Part shown: positions 33,436 to 48,086 of the stretch, in pieces | Layout: each line of letters opens with the position of its first letter | Numbering within the stretch: position 1 is the stretch's first letter | Assembly (NCBI RefSeq): GCF_963921235.1 | Contig: NC_086097.1 | Coordinates: forward strand, 172,052,001-172,116,000 | Length of the DNA: 64,000 bases | Direction of reading: 5' to 3' | Source: Mobula hypostoma | Lineage: Eukaryota | The notes under the pieces: generated by a model | Databases searched by the model: none | Seen by the model: the letters and a program-made list of their open reading frames with translations, nothing else | Told to the model about the DNA's origin: nothing | Made by a program: the position numbers and the translations under genes

Positions 33436-35904
33436 TTTGTGTGTGTTACTGCTGTCTAGTGGTAGGTATCCAATTCAATTTCAGCCTCTACTCTCAGATG
33501 ATAATTTGTTGTGTAATAAAAAAGATTTCTTCCCAATAAGTAAAAAGAAAGGTTTCTTGCTGATTCTCTTACCAGTACAGCCTAGCTGCGATAGTTCATG
33601 TGATAGCTGGCTGACACTTGCTGTCTTGGATTGGAAGTGAATTATGTTCCCTTGGGTTCAAGCCATAGAAATAATTCAATGTGAGCCAGAGGGAAAGGAC
33701 AAGGAAGACATCATGACAGAGCAAAGTTCTGCAGGAGTAAGAACTATTACTTCTAAATATTCTCTCTTCTAAGGATTCTTGGCAAAGCCAGAATTTATTG
33801 CCTAAGCCTAAATGCCTTGCTTTGCTCAGCCATTTTAGAGGATAGATATGTTTCAGTGTATTGACCATAAGAAGAAGAGAGCATAGGAGCTAAAAAGGAT
33901 AGATAGGGTAAATACGCAAAGGCTTTCTCCCCTCAAGTTGACTGAGAATAGAACTAGAGGTCACAGGTTTAGGGTGAAAGCTGAAATATTTAAGAGGAAT
34001 CGGAGGTAGATGAGCCTAGGCAGATGACCTGGCTGACACAGACCAGATGGGCCAAAGGGCCGGTTTCTATGCTATAGTGCTCTATGACTCTATGCCTCCA
34101 GGCTACTAAGCCCCTCCAGTCTGTTCCAATACTCAATATGATCATAAGACCATAAGAATTAGAGCAGAATTAAGCCATTCAGCCTTTCAAGTTTTCTCTG
34201 AGATTCAATCACAACTGATTTATTTTTCCTCTCAACCCCATTCTGCTTCCTTCTTTCCATAATTTTAATCCCCTTGCCTGTTAAGAATCTATCAATTCCT
34301 GCTTTAACTATGCCCAATGACAGCCTCTGCAGCCCTTTATGGCAATGAATTTCACAGATTCAGTACCCTCTGACTGAAGAAACTACTCTTGATGTCTGAT
34401 CGTCCAAGTCTCACCTCATTTTCTGTGCCCGTTTTCATGGCCCTTCATGACTGACCGTCCAAAGAGAAGGGCCTGTTTCAAATCCACCCTGTCCAGACCC
34501 CTTCAGAAGTTTTATTAAGTCCACCCCTCATTCTTCCAAAATCCGGAGAACACAGATCTGATTTCTTTAGCCATTGTGATAGGACAACCTTCTCATCTCA
34601 GGCATTAGCCCAATGAATTTCGTTGGACTGCATCTGAAACTTGTGTATCCTTAATTTATTAAAGAGACAAAATTGTGCACAATTGATAGTATTTACAGAA
34701 GATGCTGCCTCAACCTTTTGTTTCTTGAACCAGTCATCACAACCCTGATCATATGAGTTCAGCAAGACTGTGACCACCTTGACTACTTTGCACTATAATG
34801 GACTCTGTGTCCTTGCTTGTAAAAATTGCATTGGATTTATGTTTAATTTATGGATTTTGTTTGTGAATGCTGTTTCTATGATGTTATGTGCCTGTGATGC
34901 TGCTAAAATTTTCATTCCATCTGTGCATACATTACTTGTGCGTTTAGCACTAAATAATGACTTTACTCTAGGTGTGGCCTCCCCTGTACCTTCTATAATT
35001 GTAAAAATATTTCCCTATTTCCGAACTCCAAACCTCTTACTGTGTTATTTGCCTTCCTAACCACTCGCTGCATTTGCCTTCTAAACTTTTGTGATTCTTG
35101 CACAAGAACACAAATTCCTCTCTGCTTTGCTTATCTGCAATCTGTCTCAATTTAGATAATAGGCTTCAGATTCCTCTCTAACCAAAGCTCATGACCTTAT
35201 GCTTGCCATATTGAAATTTATTGTCCGCACTTTCACTGTGCTGTAACACTTCATTCTACAATCTGTTTTTGTTTTTCCTTGTTCTACCTCAGTTGTGATG
35301 AAATGATCCGTATGGAGGCATGCAAAACAAAGTTTTTCACTCTACCTTGGTACATGCGACAATAATAAACTTTTTCCATTTTAATTTTACTGAGGTATTG
35401 CTTTATTACATTAAAGTATCTCCAGGTTGAAAGAAAAAGTGTATAGAAAAGAATCAGCCTTATATGATTGCATATTTGATAATATTAAGTTAACAGCATT
35501 AACCAACTGCGATTTAAAATAGCCTGCAATTTTATCCAGAAAAAGTTTTGAAGGAGGTTTTGAACAATTCCTTAATTCATATTCCTTCAGGAATGTGAGA
35601 TCAGTAGGTGGTGCTGGAAAAGATCATGTAATCAAGGCTCAAAAAATCTGGTAACTCTCTCCTGTGGGGCAGTTATGAAGGACAGGCATGCTTGTAATTA
35701 ACTGTGAAGATCCCTTTGGGCCTTAGTTCAATAATAAATGGAAGAGGTTATTCAAAAGAAAGCTGTAATACTTCAAACTAGTAATCTTCAGAATAAACGA
35801 CATAGAAGCAGGCATCAAATAGAAAAACTTTGTTTCCAATCCTTCCTCAGAGTTGGATAAATTAACACATAATGTCTGGGAAACAATCACAAACATAACC
35901 GTAA

Positions 35905-36125
35905 ACAACAGGAAATCTGCAGATGCCGGAAATTCAAGCAACACACATCAAAGTTGCTGGTGAACGCAGCAGGCCAGGCAGCATCTCTAGGAAGAGGTAA
36001 AGTCGACGATTCAGGCCGAAACCCTTCATCCTGACGAAGGGTCTCGGCCTGAAACGTCGACTGTACCTCTTCCTAGAGATGCTGCCTGGCCTGCTGCATT
36101 CACCAGCAACTTTGATGTGTGTTGC
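35905..36125. mobile_element. Palindromic Penelope mini-element with TSD
   Basis: About 93-bp inverted arms 35938-36030 / 36033-36125; TSD CACAAACATAA(C/T)CGTAA at 35888-35904 and 36125-36141. Confidence 0.9.
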
Positions 36126-37050
36126 ACAAACATAATCGTAATACTTTGTAAAGTCTAAGCTGTTTTAAAATTTCTACTCGCATACCTAAGTTCTAATGCT
36201 GTGATTTGCCTCTGCCTCTCCAGTAAGCATTTCAATACCGGCTCCTCTTGGGGGTTACATGAGGTTCACCACCAATAGCTTGTGCTGATCCAATCATGGA
36301 GGCATCATGGTCAAGAAAGCTCACCAACACTTGGACTACTTCAGCAGGATAGAGAACATTTTTATCAATGCACCAAAGAAAGCATCCTATCTGGATACAT
36401 AAAAGGGTTGCTATGGTAACTACTCTTCCTGTGCACAAGAAACTACAGAGGGTTGTGGACACAGCTCAACACATCGTGTGAACCAGCCTCCGCTGTCTGT
36501 ACCTCTTACTGCCTCAGTAAGGAAGCCAGCATAATCAAAGACATTTTCGTTTCACCCCTCTCCCATCGGGCAGAAGATTAAAAAGCCTGAAAGCTTGTAC
36601 CAGTAGGCTTAAGGACAGCTTCTACTCAGCTGTTATGCGATGACTAAATAGTTCTGCAGCTCAACAGATTCGGCTGTTGACCTCATAATCTATGGAACTC
36701 ATTATAGTCTTGCACTTTGTTACCAACCTGAACTGCATTTCCTTTTCTCTGTATTTCTTATGGCTTTACTCTGTTCTACCTCAATGCATTATATAATGCT
36801 CTGATCTGTATGATCAGGGTGTAAATACAATGTTGTTAAACCTCCATACAAAGACAGAAATCAAAAGGTTGAGCATGATAGGAGTATTGTTCTGAGCTCT
36901 ATATATTTCAATGCAAGGAAAAACAGATGACCTTAGGGCATGGATCAGCATTTGGAATTATGAAGTTGTGGCGATCAGTAAGGCTGGGTTACAGGACGGG
37001 CAGGACTGGCAGCTCAGTGTTCTGGGGTTCTGGTGTTTCAGACAGGACAG

Positions 37051-40000
37051 TATCACCGCGGTTCGGATTGGCCCAAGTGTGGAGTGAGAGACACGGAAGC
37101 GGGTCGAGAGTTCACAAAACTTAAATGCAAACCGTGTTCAAGGGAAAATAAAACAATAAACGCTAGGCCAAACAGGGCCGTTAACTAAAACTCTCAAACA
37201 GGAATCAAAGCCTACACTGCGGCTGAAAAGAACATCTAATTATTAAACGAATACCGCCAGTCTTCGGAGTCAGTTGACTCAACAGTCCAATTTCTCAGGC
37301 AAGGCCGAAGCAAACAAAAGTGAAGTGTTGCTGCGCTCAGTCCAAGTCTCGACAAGCACTACGACGACAAGTATGAAATTAAATATTATCACGATTAAAT
37401 GATAATAGCTGAATCAGTGGTTGTGACAGGGCCCCCCCTCTAGGTGCAGCCCCTGAGGCACCACAGAGCTGTGTCCGCTGGAAGTTCTGGATCAGCGACT
37501 TCCAAGATGTCCTTTGCTGGGATCCAAGTACATTCTTCTGGGCCATACCCTTCCCAGTCCACAAGGTTCTGGACCTTAGCATGTACCCGGAGAGATGCCA
37601 GGAGACGGCACACAGTACAGACCAGGGAACCATCACCATCTACCAGGTGGGGAGGAGGGGGAGGTGGGGTGACTGGGGCCAGGGGAGAGGTACTAACTGG
37701 CTTGAGCTGGGAAACATGGAATACTGGGTGGATCTTCAGTGATGCTGGTAGATGCAATCTGTAAGACACCTTGTTTACAGCCTTTTCCACTACAAATGAT
37801 CCCATGTAGCGAAGTGCTAATTTCCGGTTCTCGACTTTCAGGGGAAGATTCCTTGATGCCAACCAGACCTCCTCTCCTGGCTTGAATGGCCTTATCTGTC
37901 GACGGAGCCAATCAGCCTGCCGGGAATGTTGTCTCCGGGCACGCAGCAGAGAAGCCCTGGCTCGTCTCCGGGTGCACTTGTAGTTCTGGATCAGCTGTTC
38001 AGCAGCAGGAACTCCTACATCGATCTCCTGATCAGGGAAGAGCGGGGGCTGGAATCCCTTTTTGCATTCAATAGGAGGCATACCAGTGGAGGATGACTGG
38101 AGGCTATTGTGGGCGATCTCTGCCCAAACCAGATGGGAGCTCCAGAACACGGGGTCGGAAGAGGCAAGACAGTGCAGGGTTGTCTCCAAATCCTGGTTCA
38201 CTCTCTCATTCTGGCCATTAGATTGGGGATGAAAGCCAGATGAGAGGCTGGCCGTGGCCCCTATGAGAGAGCAGAAAGCCTTACAAAAGTGGGAAGTGAA
38301 CTGTGGTCCATGATCAGACACTATGTCTTGAGGAAAGCCATGGAGACTGAACACATGTTCAACCATGAGTGTAGCAATCTCACGAGCCAATGGGAGCTTG
38401 GGAAGGACAATGAAGTGGGCAGTCTCGGAAAATCGATCCACAATGACCAAAATGGTGGTGTTTCCATTAGATAGGGACAGACCAGTGATGAAATCTACTG
38501 AGAGGTGGGACCGAGGCGGTGGGGCATAGGCAGTGGACACAACAGATCTGCAGGACGCTGATGTGATGTCTTGTTTCGAGCACAGGTGGGACAGGCAGAT
38601 ACAAAGTCATGGACATCCTGGGACACAGATGGTCACCAAAATTGCCTCTATAAATTCCTGAGTCCGTTGAATTCCCGGATGTCCAGCCGGACGGGAAGAG
38701 TGACCCCATTCCAACACTTTGGAACACACCACAGCAGGGACAAACAGCCAGTTGGGAGGTCCCCCATCCGAGCCTGGATTTGATTGTTGGACGCCCTCAC
38801 CTTTGCCTCTATTCCCTAGATCACCGGAGCAGTGATACATGAGCTAGGAAGAATGGGCTCTGGATCGGCAATGTCCTCAGATCCGTCGATCTGTTGGGAA
38901 AGTGCGTCAGTCTTTGTATTCTTGCTGCTGGAACGATGTGAGGATGAAATTGAACCATATAAAGAAGAGAGCCCACCAGGCTTAGTGAGAGTTGAGTCTC
39001 TTAGCATCCTGAATATAGGAGAGGTTCTTCACAGTGACGTTGTTCAGGGGCCGATAATCAATGCAGGGATGGAGCTTGCCATCTTTCTTGCTCACAAAAA
39101 AGAAGCCCGCTCCTGCCGGCAAGTTTGTCGGACAGATAAACCCCATGCTCAATGCCTCCTTAATGTGTTCCTCCATTGCCACCGTTTCAGGATGAGAGAG
39201 GGAAAAGAGCCAGCCCCCGGGAGGACTAGCGCCAGGTAGGAGGTCTATGGCACAGTCATATGGCTGGTGTTGGGGCAAGATGTTGGCCTTTCTTTTACTG
39301 AAAACCTCAAGGAGATCCGCATATTCAGCTGGAATCCCAGACAAGTCCACATCCTTAGTTGACACAGGAGAGGATTCATGGAATGGAGCTTGAGCTGGAC
39401 CCAGACAGGTAGACAGGCATGCCGGTCCCCACTCTGCAGAGACCCATCAATCCGTGGGTTATGTCAGCATAACCATGGGAAACCAAGTACCACTGGCAGT
39501 TCAGGTGAATTAAAGAGATAGAAAGATATTTCTTCATGATGGTTGCCTTCGAGCACCAGTTGGAGGGGTTGGGTGGAAAAGTGGATCTCGCCGCTTCCCA
39601 GAGGTCGACCGTCCAGCACCTTGACATTGATCTTTTCTCTTAATTTGTAAGTTGGAACTCCCCACCTTTGAGTGAGAGAGAGATGTCCATGAGATTCCCG
39701 GCTGCACCAGAGTTGATAAATGCCTTAAGTTCATGGGTCTGAGACCTCCATGACAAGGAAGCTGCGAGCATTACAGGATTAGGGGAAGCCGAAGCCGACT
39801 GAAGAGAGAACCGACCCATCAGGATTCCCCTCCCTGCTGATGGGCATTCTCTTTTACTGGACGCTTGGAACATGCCACCCGGAAGTGTCCTGGATCACCG
39901 CCATAGAGGCAGGAACCTGTCCTCCGGCACCGATCTCGTTCCTTCTGAGACAGGCGCATGCACCCCACTTGCATAGGCTCCTCCGTGGGCTGGGTGCTGG

Positions 40001-41485
40001 ATGGTGAGGGAGGGGGAGATGGCGAGGAAAGACAGTGATCAGTAGGAAGTTTGAAACATTCTTTCCTTGTGCCACTCAGTCACCCCGGTCGTCAACTCAA
40101 ATAGCCAGATTAATCAGGTCATCCAGACTATCCTGCTCATCCCAGGTGGCAATCTCATTCTGGACCCCTGCGTTCGGTCCACGCTGGAAGGCAGTGATGA
40201 AAGATCTCTCATTCCAACCCGTCTCTACTGCAAAGGTACGGAATTTGACTGCATTGGCTGTCACCGTTCCTCTGTTTTGGCCCAGGTCCAAGAGTCGGTG
40301 GGCAGCCTCCTGACCCTGTACTGGAAGATCAAAAGCCGTCCTTAACTCCACCACAAAATGTTGAAATGACTGCGCTACGGGGTATCCTTGCTCCCGTAAA
40401 GCGTTGAACAGGCTGAGTGGAGGTCCATCAAGAAGATTAACCATGTATGGCAGCTTTCGCGCATCATCACCAAAATGACCAGGCTGGGCTTGGAATGTCA
40501 GCTCACTTTGGGTAATAAAATTCCTCCAGCCATCAGGATCATCAGAATATCTGCCTGGAGGTAAAGTACTCGGTTCTTATATGAACACGGGTGACTGTGG
40601 GGGGGGGGGGGATCCGAATGCGGAGGTCAGCTCTGGTCCAGGAACGGAAGCATTATTAGCAGAGATTGTCAGGGCAGCAGAAAATGAAGACCTGCGAGAT
40701 GCTGGGAGTGGTACTGAGAGGGCCTGAGGCTGCTGAATTGCATTGACGAGAAAGTTAATGGCTGTCAGCTGATGCTGGCTGTTCACAGTAAGTTCCTGAA
40801 TGGTGGCCGTGAGTGTGGAAATCGCAAACACCTTAGTCTGATTGTCTGGGGTGAGCTGTTGAACAGTTGCGGCTAGGGATGATACCTGTTCCTCCACGTG
40901 AGACTGGGCTTATCGGTACGATATTATCTGCCTCATGCCTCCATAACTTCACTGAGAACAGATTCCATGCTTGTAGCTTGTCTCCTACATGACCAATGAA
41001 TCTCACGGCCAAGATCAGTTGCTCTCTCTCTGCTGGGCCCATCTTTGTGTGTGTTCGAGACTTGCTGTCACTGTGGTTCGGATATGGCCCAAATGCAGAG
41101 TGAGAGACACTGAAGCAGATCAATAGTTCACAAATCTTTAATGCAAACAGTGTTCAAGGGAAAATAAAACAATAAACACTAGGCCAAACAGGGCCATTAA
41201 CTACAACTCTCAAACAGGAAATGAAGCCTACACTGCGGCTGAAATGAACATCTAATTAAATAGCGCGAATCTTATGAGTCAATTGACTCCACAGTCCAAT
41301 TTCTCAGGCAAGACCGATGCAAACAAAAGCGAAGCATTGCTGTGCTCTGTCCAAGTCTTGACAAGCACTATGACGACAAGTATGGAGTTAAATACTATCA
41401 CGATTAAATAATAATTAGATGACAGGTGCACATTCACAAGCGCAACTGCCGTACCTACTGCGCTGCTGAATCCGTGGTTGTGACA
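37051..41485 (-). mobile_element. Chromoviral Gypsy (element C, same family as A) with RT/RNase H deletion
   Basis: LTRs 37051-37428 and 41066-41485; TSD GACAG (37046-37050, 41486-41490); PPT 37429-37443; gag, protease (AFINSGAAGN), integrase and chromodomain. Confidence 0.93.
37440..38540 (-). pseudogene. Gypsy integrase (rve, GPY/F) plus chromodomain
   Basis: SVDFITGL...[54 protein letters not shown]. Confidence 0.9.
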
Positions 41486-43768
41486 GACAGAGTATGAGGG
41501 ATTAAAGAAGCTGTGCTGGCATTACAGGTCAGGGAAATTGTCACAGCGAGAGACTGGAGAGCTTGTCTACTGAGGCTATAGATATAGATGCAATTGAAAA
41601 ATAAAGGAATGACCACATTAGTGAGATTATATTACACACCACACAATAGTCAGTGGGATTTAGAGGAGCAAATGTGTAGAGTGATCACAGTCAGTTGTAA
41701 GCAACATAAGGCTGTGATAGTAGGGGATTTTAACTTTCCACATTATGACTGGGACACCCATACTGTAAAAGCTGGACGGAAAAGTTTGTCAAATGAGTTC
41801 AGGAAAGTTTCTTTAATCAGTCCCAACTAGAGAGAGTGCGATACTGGATCTCCTATTAGGGAATGAGACAGGGCAGATGAAAGAAATTTGTGTAGGAGAA
41901 CACTTTGGATCTCATGATCATAATATCATTAGTTTCAAGATAATTATGAGGAAGGATAGGCCTGGTCCTCAGGTTGTGAATCTAAATTGGAGAAAGACCA
42001 ATTTTTTTTTGGTATCAGAAAGGATCTGGCAAGTGTGGATTGGAATGGGTTGTTTTCTTGATAAGTGGGAAGCCTTCAAAAATGAAATTTTGAAAGTACA
42101 AATTTTTGTGTCTTCCTGTCAGAATAAAAAGCAAGGATAACAGTTTAGGGAATCTTGGTTTTCAAGAAATATTATGGCCCTGGTTAAGAAGAAGGAGGTG
42201 CATGGCAGGTATAGTCAGGAAGGAACAAATGATGAGTATAGGAATCCAAGAAAATACCTAAGGAGGAAATCAGGAGGGTTAAAAGAAGTCATGAGGTAGC
42301 TCCAGCAGACAAGCTGAAAGAGAATTCCAAGGGTTTCTACAGATACAATATACAGTATTAAGAACAAAAGGATAGCATGGGTCAAAATTGATCCCCCTGA
42401 AGATCCTCTTGAAAGAGATGGGGGAGACCTTAGATAGATTTTTTGAGTCTATATTTACTTGGGAGATGCATAGAGTCCATTTAAATGAGACAAAACAGCA
42501 GAGGTTATGGACTGTATACAGATCACAGAGGAGGAGATGTTTGCTGTCTTGAGGAAAATTAGGGTGGATAAATCCCAGGGCCTGACCTTCGCACCTTTTG
42601 GGAGGCTAATGTCGAAATTGCAAGAGCCCTAGCAGGGGTATTTAAAATGTCTTTAGCCATGGGAGAGGTATCTAAGGTTTGGAAGATAGCAAAAGTTGTA
42701 TCATTGCTTAAGAAGTGCTCTAAGAATAAGATGAGAAATAAAATATTAGTAGTGGGTGAACAACTGGAAGGTATTCCAAGGGACTGGATATATAAGTATT
42801 TGGATAGACACAGACTGATTAGGGATAGTCAGCATGGTTCTGTGCATGGTAGGTCATGTCTAACTAATCTTATAGAATTTTTCAAGGAAGTTATCTGGAA
42901 AGTTGATGAAGGCAAGCAATGGATGTTGTCTACATAGACTTTAACAATGCCTTTGACAAGGTCCAGCATGGGTGGTTGATCAAGAAAGTTCAGTCGTCTG
43001 GTATTAAAGATGATGTAGTAAATTGGATTAGACATTGTCTTTGCGGGAGAAGCCAAAGAGTGGTAGCAGATATTTGCCTCTCTGAAAGGAGGCCTACGAT
43101 TAGTGGTGAACAGCAAGGATTGGTGCTGGGTCCATTGTTGTTTGGCATCTATATCTGGATGATAATGTGGTTAACTGGATCAGCAAATTTGTAGATGACA
43201 CCAAGATTGGGAGCATAGTGGACAGCGAGGAAGGGTGTAACAGATTGCAGCAGGATCTGGACCAGCAGAAAAAATGGACTGAAAAATGGCAGATGGAATT
43301 TAATGCAGAAAAGTGTGGGGTGTTTCACTTTGGAGGACAAACCAGAGTATGACTTGCAGTATATGGTGAGCAATAGAGCTCTAACGAATGCCATAGAACA
43401 GAGGAATCTGGGAATACAGATCCATAATTCATTGAAAGTGATGTCACAGGTTAACAAGATCATAAAGAGAGCTTTTGGCACATAGGCCTTCTTAAATCAA
43501 AGTGTTGAGTACAGGAGTTGGGATGTTATGATGATGCTGTATGAAACATTGATGAGGCCTAATCTGGAATATTGTGTGCAGTTCTGGTCATCTACTGAAC
43601 CCTCAGGAAAGATATCGATAAGATTGAAAAGATGCAAACAAGATTTACAAGGATGCTGCCAGAATTTGAAGACCTAATTTATAGGGCAAGGTTGAATAGG
43701 TTAGATCTTTATTCCCTAGAGTGCATGAGAATGAGGGGAGATTTTATAGAGATATACAAAATAATGAA

Positions 43769-43958
43769 GCCAGCTGATGTTGTAGTGGCATTCGCATTGG
43801 AACTCAAAGTGAGTAACTCCGGGTTCAAATCTGGCCAGCTCCTTGCAGACTTTCCACTTGTGTTGGGTTGAATGTTGACAAAACAGACAAAATGCTAAAA
43901 AATACAGCAAATTTGCCACCTGTTGCTCCACAAGGCATGATAAGGAACAACAACAACA
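43769..43958 (+). mobile_element. tRNA-derived SINE with a (CAA)n tail, inserted in CR1
   Basis: A-box-like 'tgttgtagtgg', B-box 'gggttcaaatc', 'aacaacaacaacaa' tail; imperfect TSD caaaataatgaa/caaaattgaa. Confidence 0.7.
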
Positions 43959-44556
43959 AAATTGAAAGGTATAGATAGGTTAAATGCATGCAGGCTTTTT
44001 CCACTGAGGTTAGCTGAGACCAGAACTAGAAGTCATGGGTTAAAGATGAAATATTTAATGAAAACATGAGGGGAAGCTTCGTCACCCAGAGGGCTGTGAG
44101 AGTGCGGAATGAGCTGCCAGTGCAAGTGGTAGTTGTGGGTTTCAATTCAACATTTAAGAAAACTTGGATAGGTAGATCGATGGGATGAGTATGGAGGGCT
44201 AGGGCTATGGTCCTGTTGCAGGTTGTTGGAATTAAGCAGATTAATAGTTCAGCACAGACTAGATGGGCCAAAGGTCCTGTTTCTGTGTTGTAGTGTTCTA
44301 TGACTATGACTTTAAAAGTTCTTCACTGTATCTCGGTACGCATGACAATAATAAACCAATTCCGGTACCAATTCCGTTATCAATTCCAAGTCACAGTTAA
44401 CACTCACCACTTACACTGGAAACTCCACATAGGCCTCTATACTGATGTTAGTCTGACGCAGGGTCAATTTCCTATTCACTTCAATGGAGGCAGATAGCTG
44501 TGAGGGACAATGGTGAGAGAGTTGGGTTATTTTCCTTCTTTGAATATATTTGAATA

Positions 44557-45960
44557 GAGTCATAGAGTCATAGAAAAGCACAGAACAGAAAAAGTCCCTT
44601 CAACCCATCTAGCTTATGTTGAACCATTTAACCTTCCTACTCCCATCAATCTGCACCCAGACCATAGCCCTTCATACCCCTGCCGTCAATGTACTTATAC
44701 AAATTTCTCTTAAACTTTGAAATGAGCTTGCATGCACCACTTTCACCTTTCACATTTAACCCATGACCTCCACGTGACCTCAGTGGAAAAAGCCTGCTTG
44801 CATTTACCCTATTTATACCCCTCATAATTTTGTATACCTCTATCAAATCTCCTTTCAGTCTCCTACGTTCTAAAGAATACAGTCCTTACTTATTCAATCT
44901 TTCCTTAAAACTCAGGCCCTCCAGACCTGGCAACATCTTTGTAAATTTTCTCTGAACTCTTGCAACCTTGTTTACATCTTTCCTGTAGGTAGGTGACCAA
45001 AACTGCACACAATGCTCCAAATTAGGCCTCACCAACATCTTATACAACTTCGACATAACATCCCATTTTCTTTACTGAATACATTGATTTATGAAGGAAA
45101 GTGTACCAAAAGCTTTCTTTATGACCCTATCTACCCATAATATTGCCCAGGCCCGCGCCCTGGAGAGTGAAGATTTTCCAGGCGCAGATCCATGGTCTCG
45201 CAAGACTAACGGATGCCTTTACTTTACCCTTAACACCACTTATAACAAATTATGGATCTGTATTCCCAAATCCCTTTGTTTTACCGCACACCTCAGCGCC
45301 CTACCATTCACTGTTGGTCCTACTGAAGTACAATACCTCACATTTGGCTGCATTAATTTCCATCTGTCATTTTTTAGCTCATTTTTCCAGCTGGTCCAGA
45401 AGCCACTGCAAGCTCTGATAGTCTTCCCTGCTGTCCACTATACACCCAATCTTGGTGTCATCTGCAAATTAGCTGGTCTAGTTAACCACATTATCATCTA
45501 GATCATTGAAATAGATGACAAACAATGGGCACTGCTCCAATCCCTGTGGCATTCCACTAGTCACATGCCTCCAGTCAGAAAGGCAACCATCTACCACCAC
45601 TCTCTGACTTCTTCCAATATGGCCAATGTCTAATCCAATTTACTACTTCATCTTGAATGCCGAGGAACTGTACCTTCTTGACCAACCGTTCATGCAGGAC
45701 TTCGTCAAATGCCTTGCTAAAGTCCATATAGACAACATCCACTGCCTTGCCTTCATCAACTTTCCCAGCAACTTTTTGAAAAACTCTGTAAGATTAATTA
45801 GACGTGAACCAACCATGCATGAGGCCATGCTGGCTATTCCCAATCGGTCCACGTATATCAAAATATTCATTTATCCGATCCCTTAGAATACTTTCCAATA
45901 ACTTTCCCACTACTGATGTCAGGCTCACCAATGTATAACTTCCTGGTTTATTTTTAGAAT
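44557..45960 (-). mobile_element. CR1 LINE, 5'-truncated
   Basis: Closely similar to the copy at 1304-2620; 'catagagtcatagaa' tail. Confidence 0.85.
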
Positions 45961-48086
45961 CATAATGCTTTGATAAAGATTTGAAATGTTGAGTTACAAC
46001 TCCTCTACAGTTGTTGCCTAATCAGATGAGTTTTTCCAGCATTTTCTGCTTTTATTTCATCTTTCCAGCATCTGCATGTTTTTTTGTTAAATTTAAATGT
46101 TTATATTGGTTAGTACAACATCATGGGCCAAAGGGCCTGTACTATGCTGTACTGTTCTATGATTCTATATTTTTGTTTCAATTTTGTTTTTATTGTGAAC
46201 ATTTTTAAATTTTGTTAATATATTTATGTTTGCATATTTCTATGGGTTCCAAATGATTTAGAGACTTTGAGAGCTTTCTTAGTTTGGTATTTGGTTCAGC
46301 ACTTCCATCATTTTATTTTAACCCTCCTCTCTCACAACTCCACTTGCGTAGATCTACAACAATAAAAGTGAGTAGCCCCCCAAAACTGAGCTATATCCAA
46401 ACTGTGAATTCCCATGGAGGGAGCCGCACAAGATGAGTTGAGTCTTGACCACAAGTTTTTGGTTATTTATTTGTAACATCTACACCCGCTTCAGAATAAT
46501 CTGTGAAAATTCCAAGAATGAAGTTAGTGTTAATTATCCAACAGATGGAGAAAGCAATCTCTGCATGAGAAATTGGCCATTCTGTCCAACTAATCCATGC
46601 TCAGTTGAGCCTCAATATCATCCTTCTCTTGACTCTTTTTGAAATGCACTCTATTTGTGTTGCCTCTATTCCTAGCTCCAATATGCATCAGCTATCCCTT
46701 TTAAGATCTCTTCTGTTTCGCTCAAAAACTCTCAGTGGGTGTGAGTTCTATACTCTCTATGTGTTTTGGGCAAAGAAATTTCTCCTAAATCCCCCACTGA
46801 ATTTGTTGGTGACAGTCTCAAATTTATTGCCTGACTCTTGGTTGATTTGATTGTTAATGCAGATCTGGCCAGGAAGTATTAGCATTCCTCCAGTACCTGC
46901 ACTTAATTCCCCATGGAAAATTTGAGGGATTTTTTTTGTTACTTATTTAAGATTGCTTTGGGATTTTGAAGTTTGGTCTAATTGTTGAGAAGTTATTAGT
47001 TTTAAGAGATCTTAGATACTTCTGAATGTCAGAATCATTCAAAACTTAAGAGTCATAGAGTTACATATTATGAAAACAGGTCCTTCAGCTCATCCGGTTT
47101 ATGCTGATCAAGGTGCTTATCTGAGCTAGTTCCATTAGTCAGTATTTGATTCATATCCCTCTATAAACCTTTCCTATGCATGTTCCTATCTAAATGTCTT
47201 TTAAAGATTGTGATGTTACCCACCTCGATCAGTTCCTGCAGCAGCCTGTTCCACATATCTACTGTCCCCTGTGTAAAAAGTTACCCTTCAGATCCCCTAA
47301 TGCCCTTCATGATTTTATAAACTTTTATGCTCTCTCTTCAGCTTCTTTCCACTAGAGGAAAGAAAAATTCCAGCCTATCCAGTGTCTGCTTATAACTCAA
47401 GCCCTCCAATTGCAGTAATATCCTTGTGAACCTTTACTGTTCCCTTGTCATCTTTTTGAAAATCCTTCTCATAACTGGGTGATCAGAACCACACGCCATA
47501 CTTCAAGTATGGTCTCATTAATGACTTATACAGTCAAAATATGTCTGGTAGTCTTGACAGCTAGCAGAACCAGAGTCCGTGCTTACATACCTGTTAGCTA
47601 TTTTCATTAGTTTGATATGATTTAAATCCTTCTCCCAATCCATGTGACACTTTAGCGGTATAAAGGCCGTGAGATCATAAGATATAGGGGCAGAATTGGG
47701 CCAATCGACCCATCAATTCTGCTCCACCATTCCATCATATCAACTACGCATTTCTCTACAAGTCTTTGGAGTGGAGTCTGAACCTTTGACTTTCCTTTGT
47801 CTGGAATGGTGCTAACAGAGCCCTGGCCATCTCAGAAACAAGCTCTTAAACCTCGGGAAAGCAGCCAACATAGTTAAAGACCCGTCCCACCCCAGTCATT
47901 CTCTCTTTTTCCCTCTCCCATCATGCAGCAGACAGACAAGATGGCAAACATGAATCAGCAGGCTCAAGGACAGGTTTGATTCTGTTGTTATAAGACCCTT
48001 GAATTAACTTTTTGTATGATAAAGATGAACTCTTAACCTCACAATCTACCTCATCATGGCTTTTGCACCTCATTGTCTGCCCGCAG

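Larger units (their letters stand above)
36845..44300 (+). mobile_element. CR1 LINE (EN + RT + 3' tail) interrupted by Gypsy element C and a SINE
   Basis: VIVGDFNFP, SQHGSVHGRSCLTNL, YIDFNNAFDKV, SKFVDDTKIG; '(ctatga)n' tail at ~44300. Confidence 0.9.

Noticed and set aside
37440..38540. Domesticated integrase or chromodomain gene
   Set aside because: It lies inside an LTR/TSD-bounded element whose flanking pol and gag frames are broken.
44350..44392. Short ~12-bp tandem repeat (accaattccggt-like)
   Set aside because: It follows AATAAA and looks like an ordinary LINE 3' tail.
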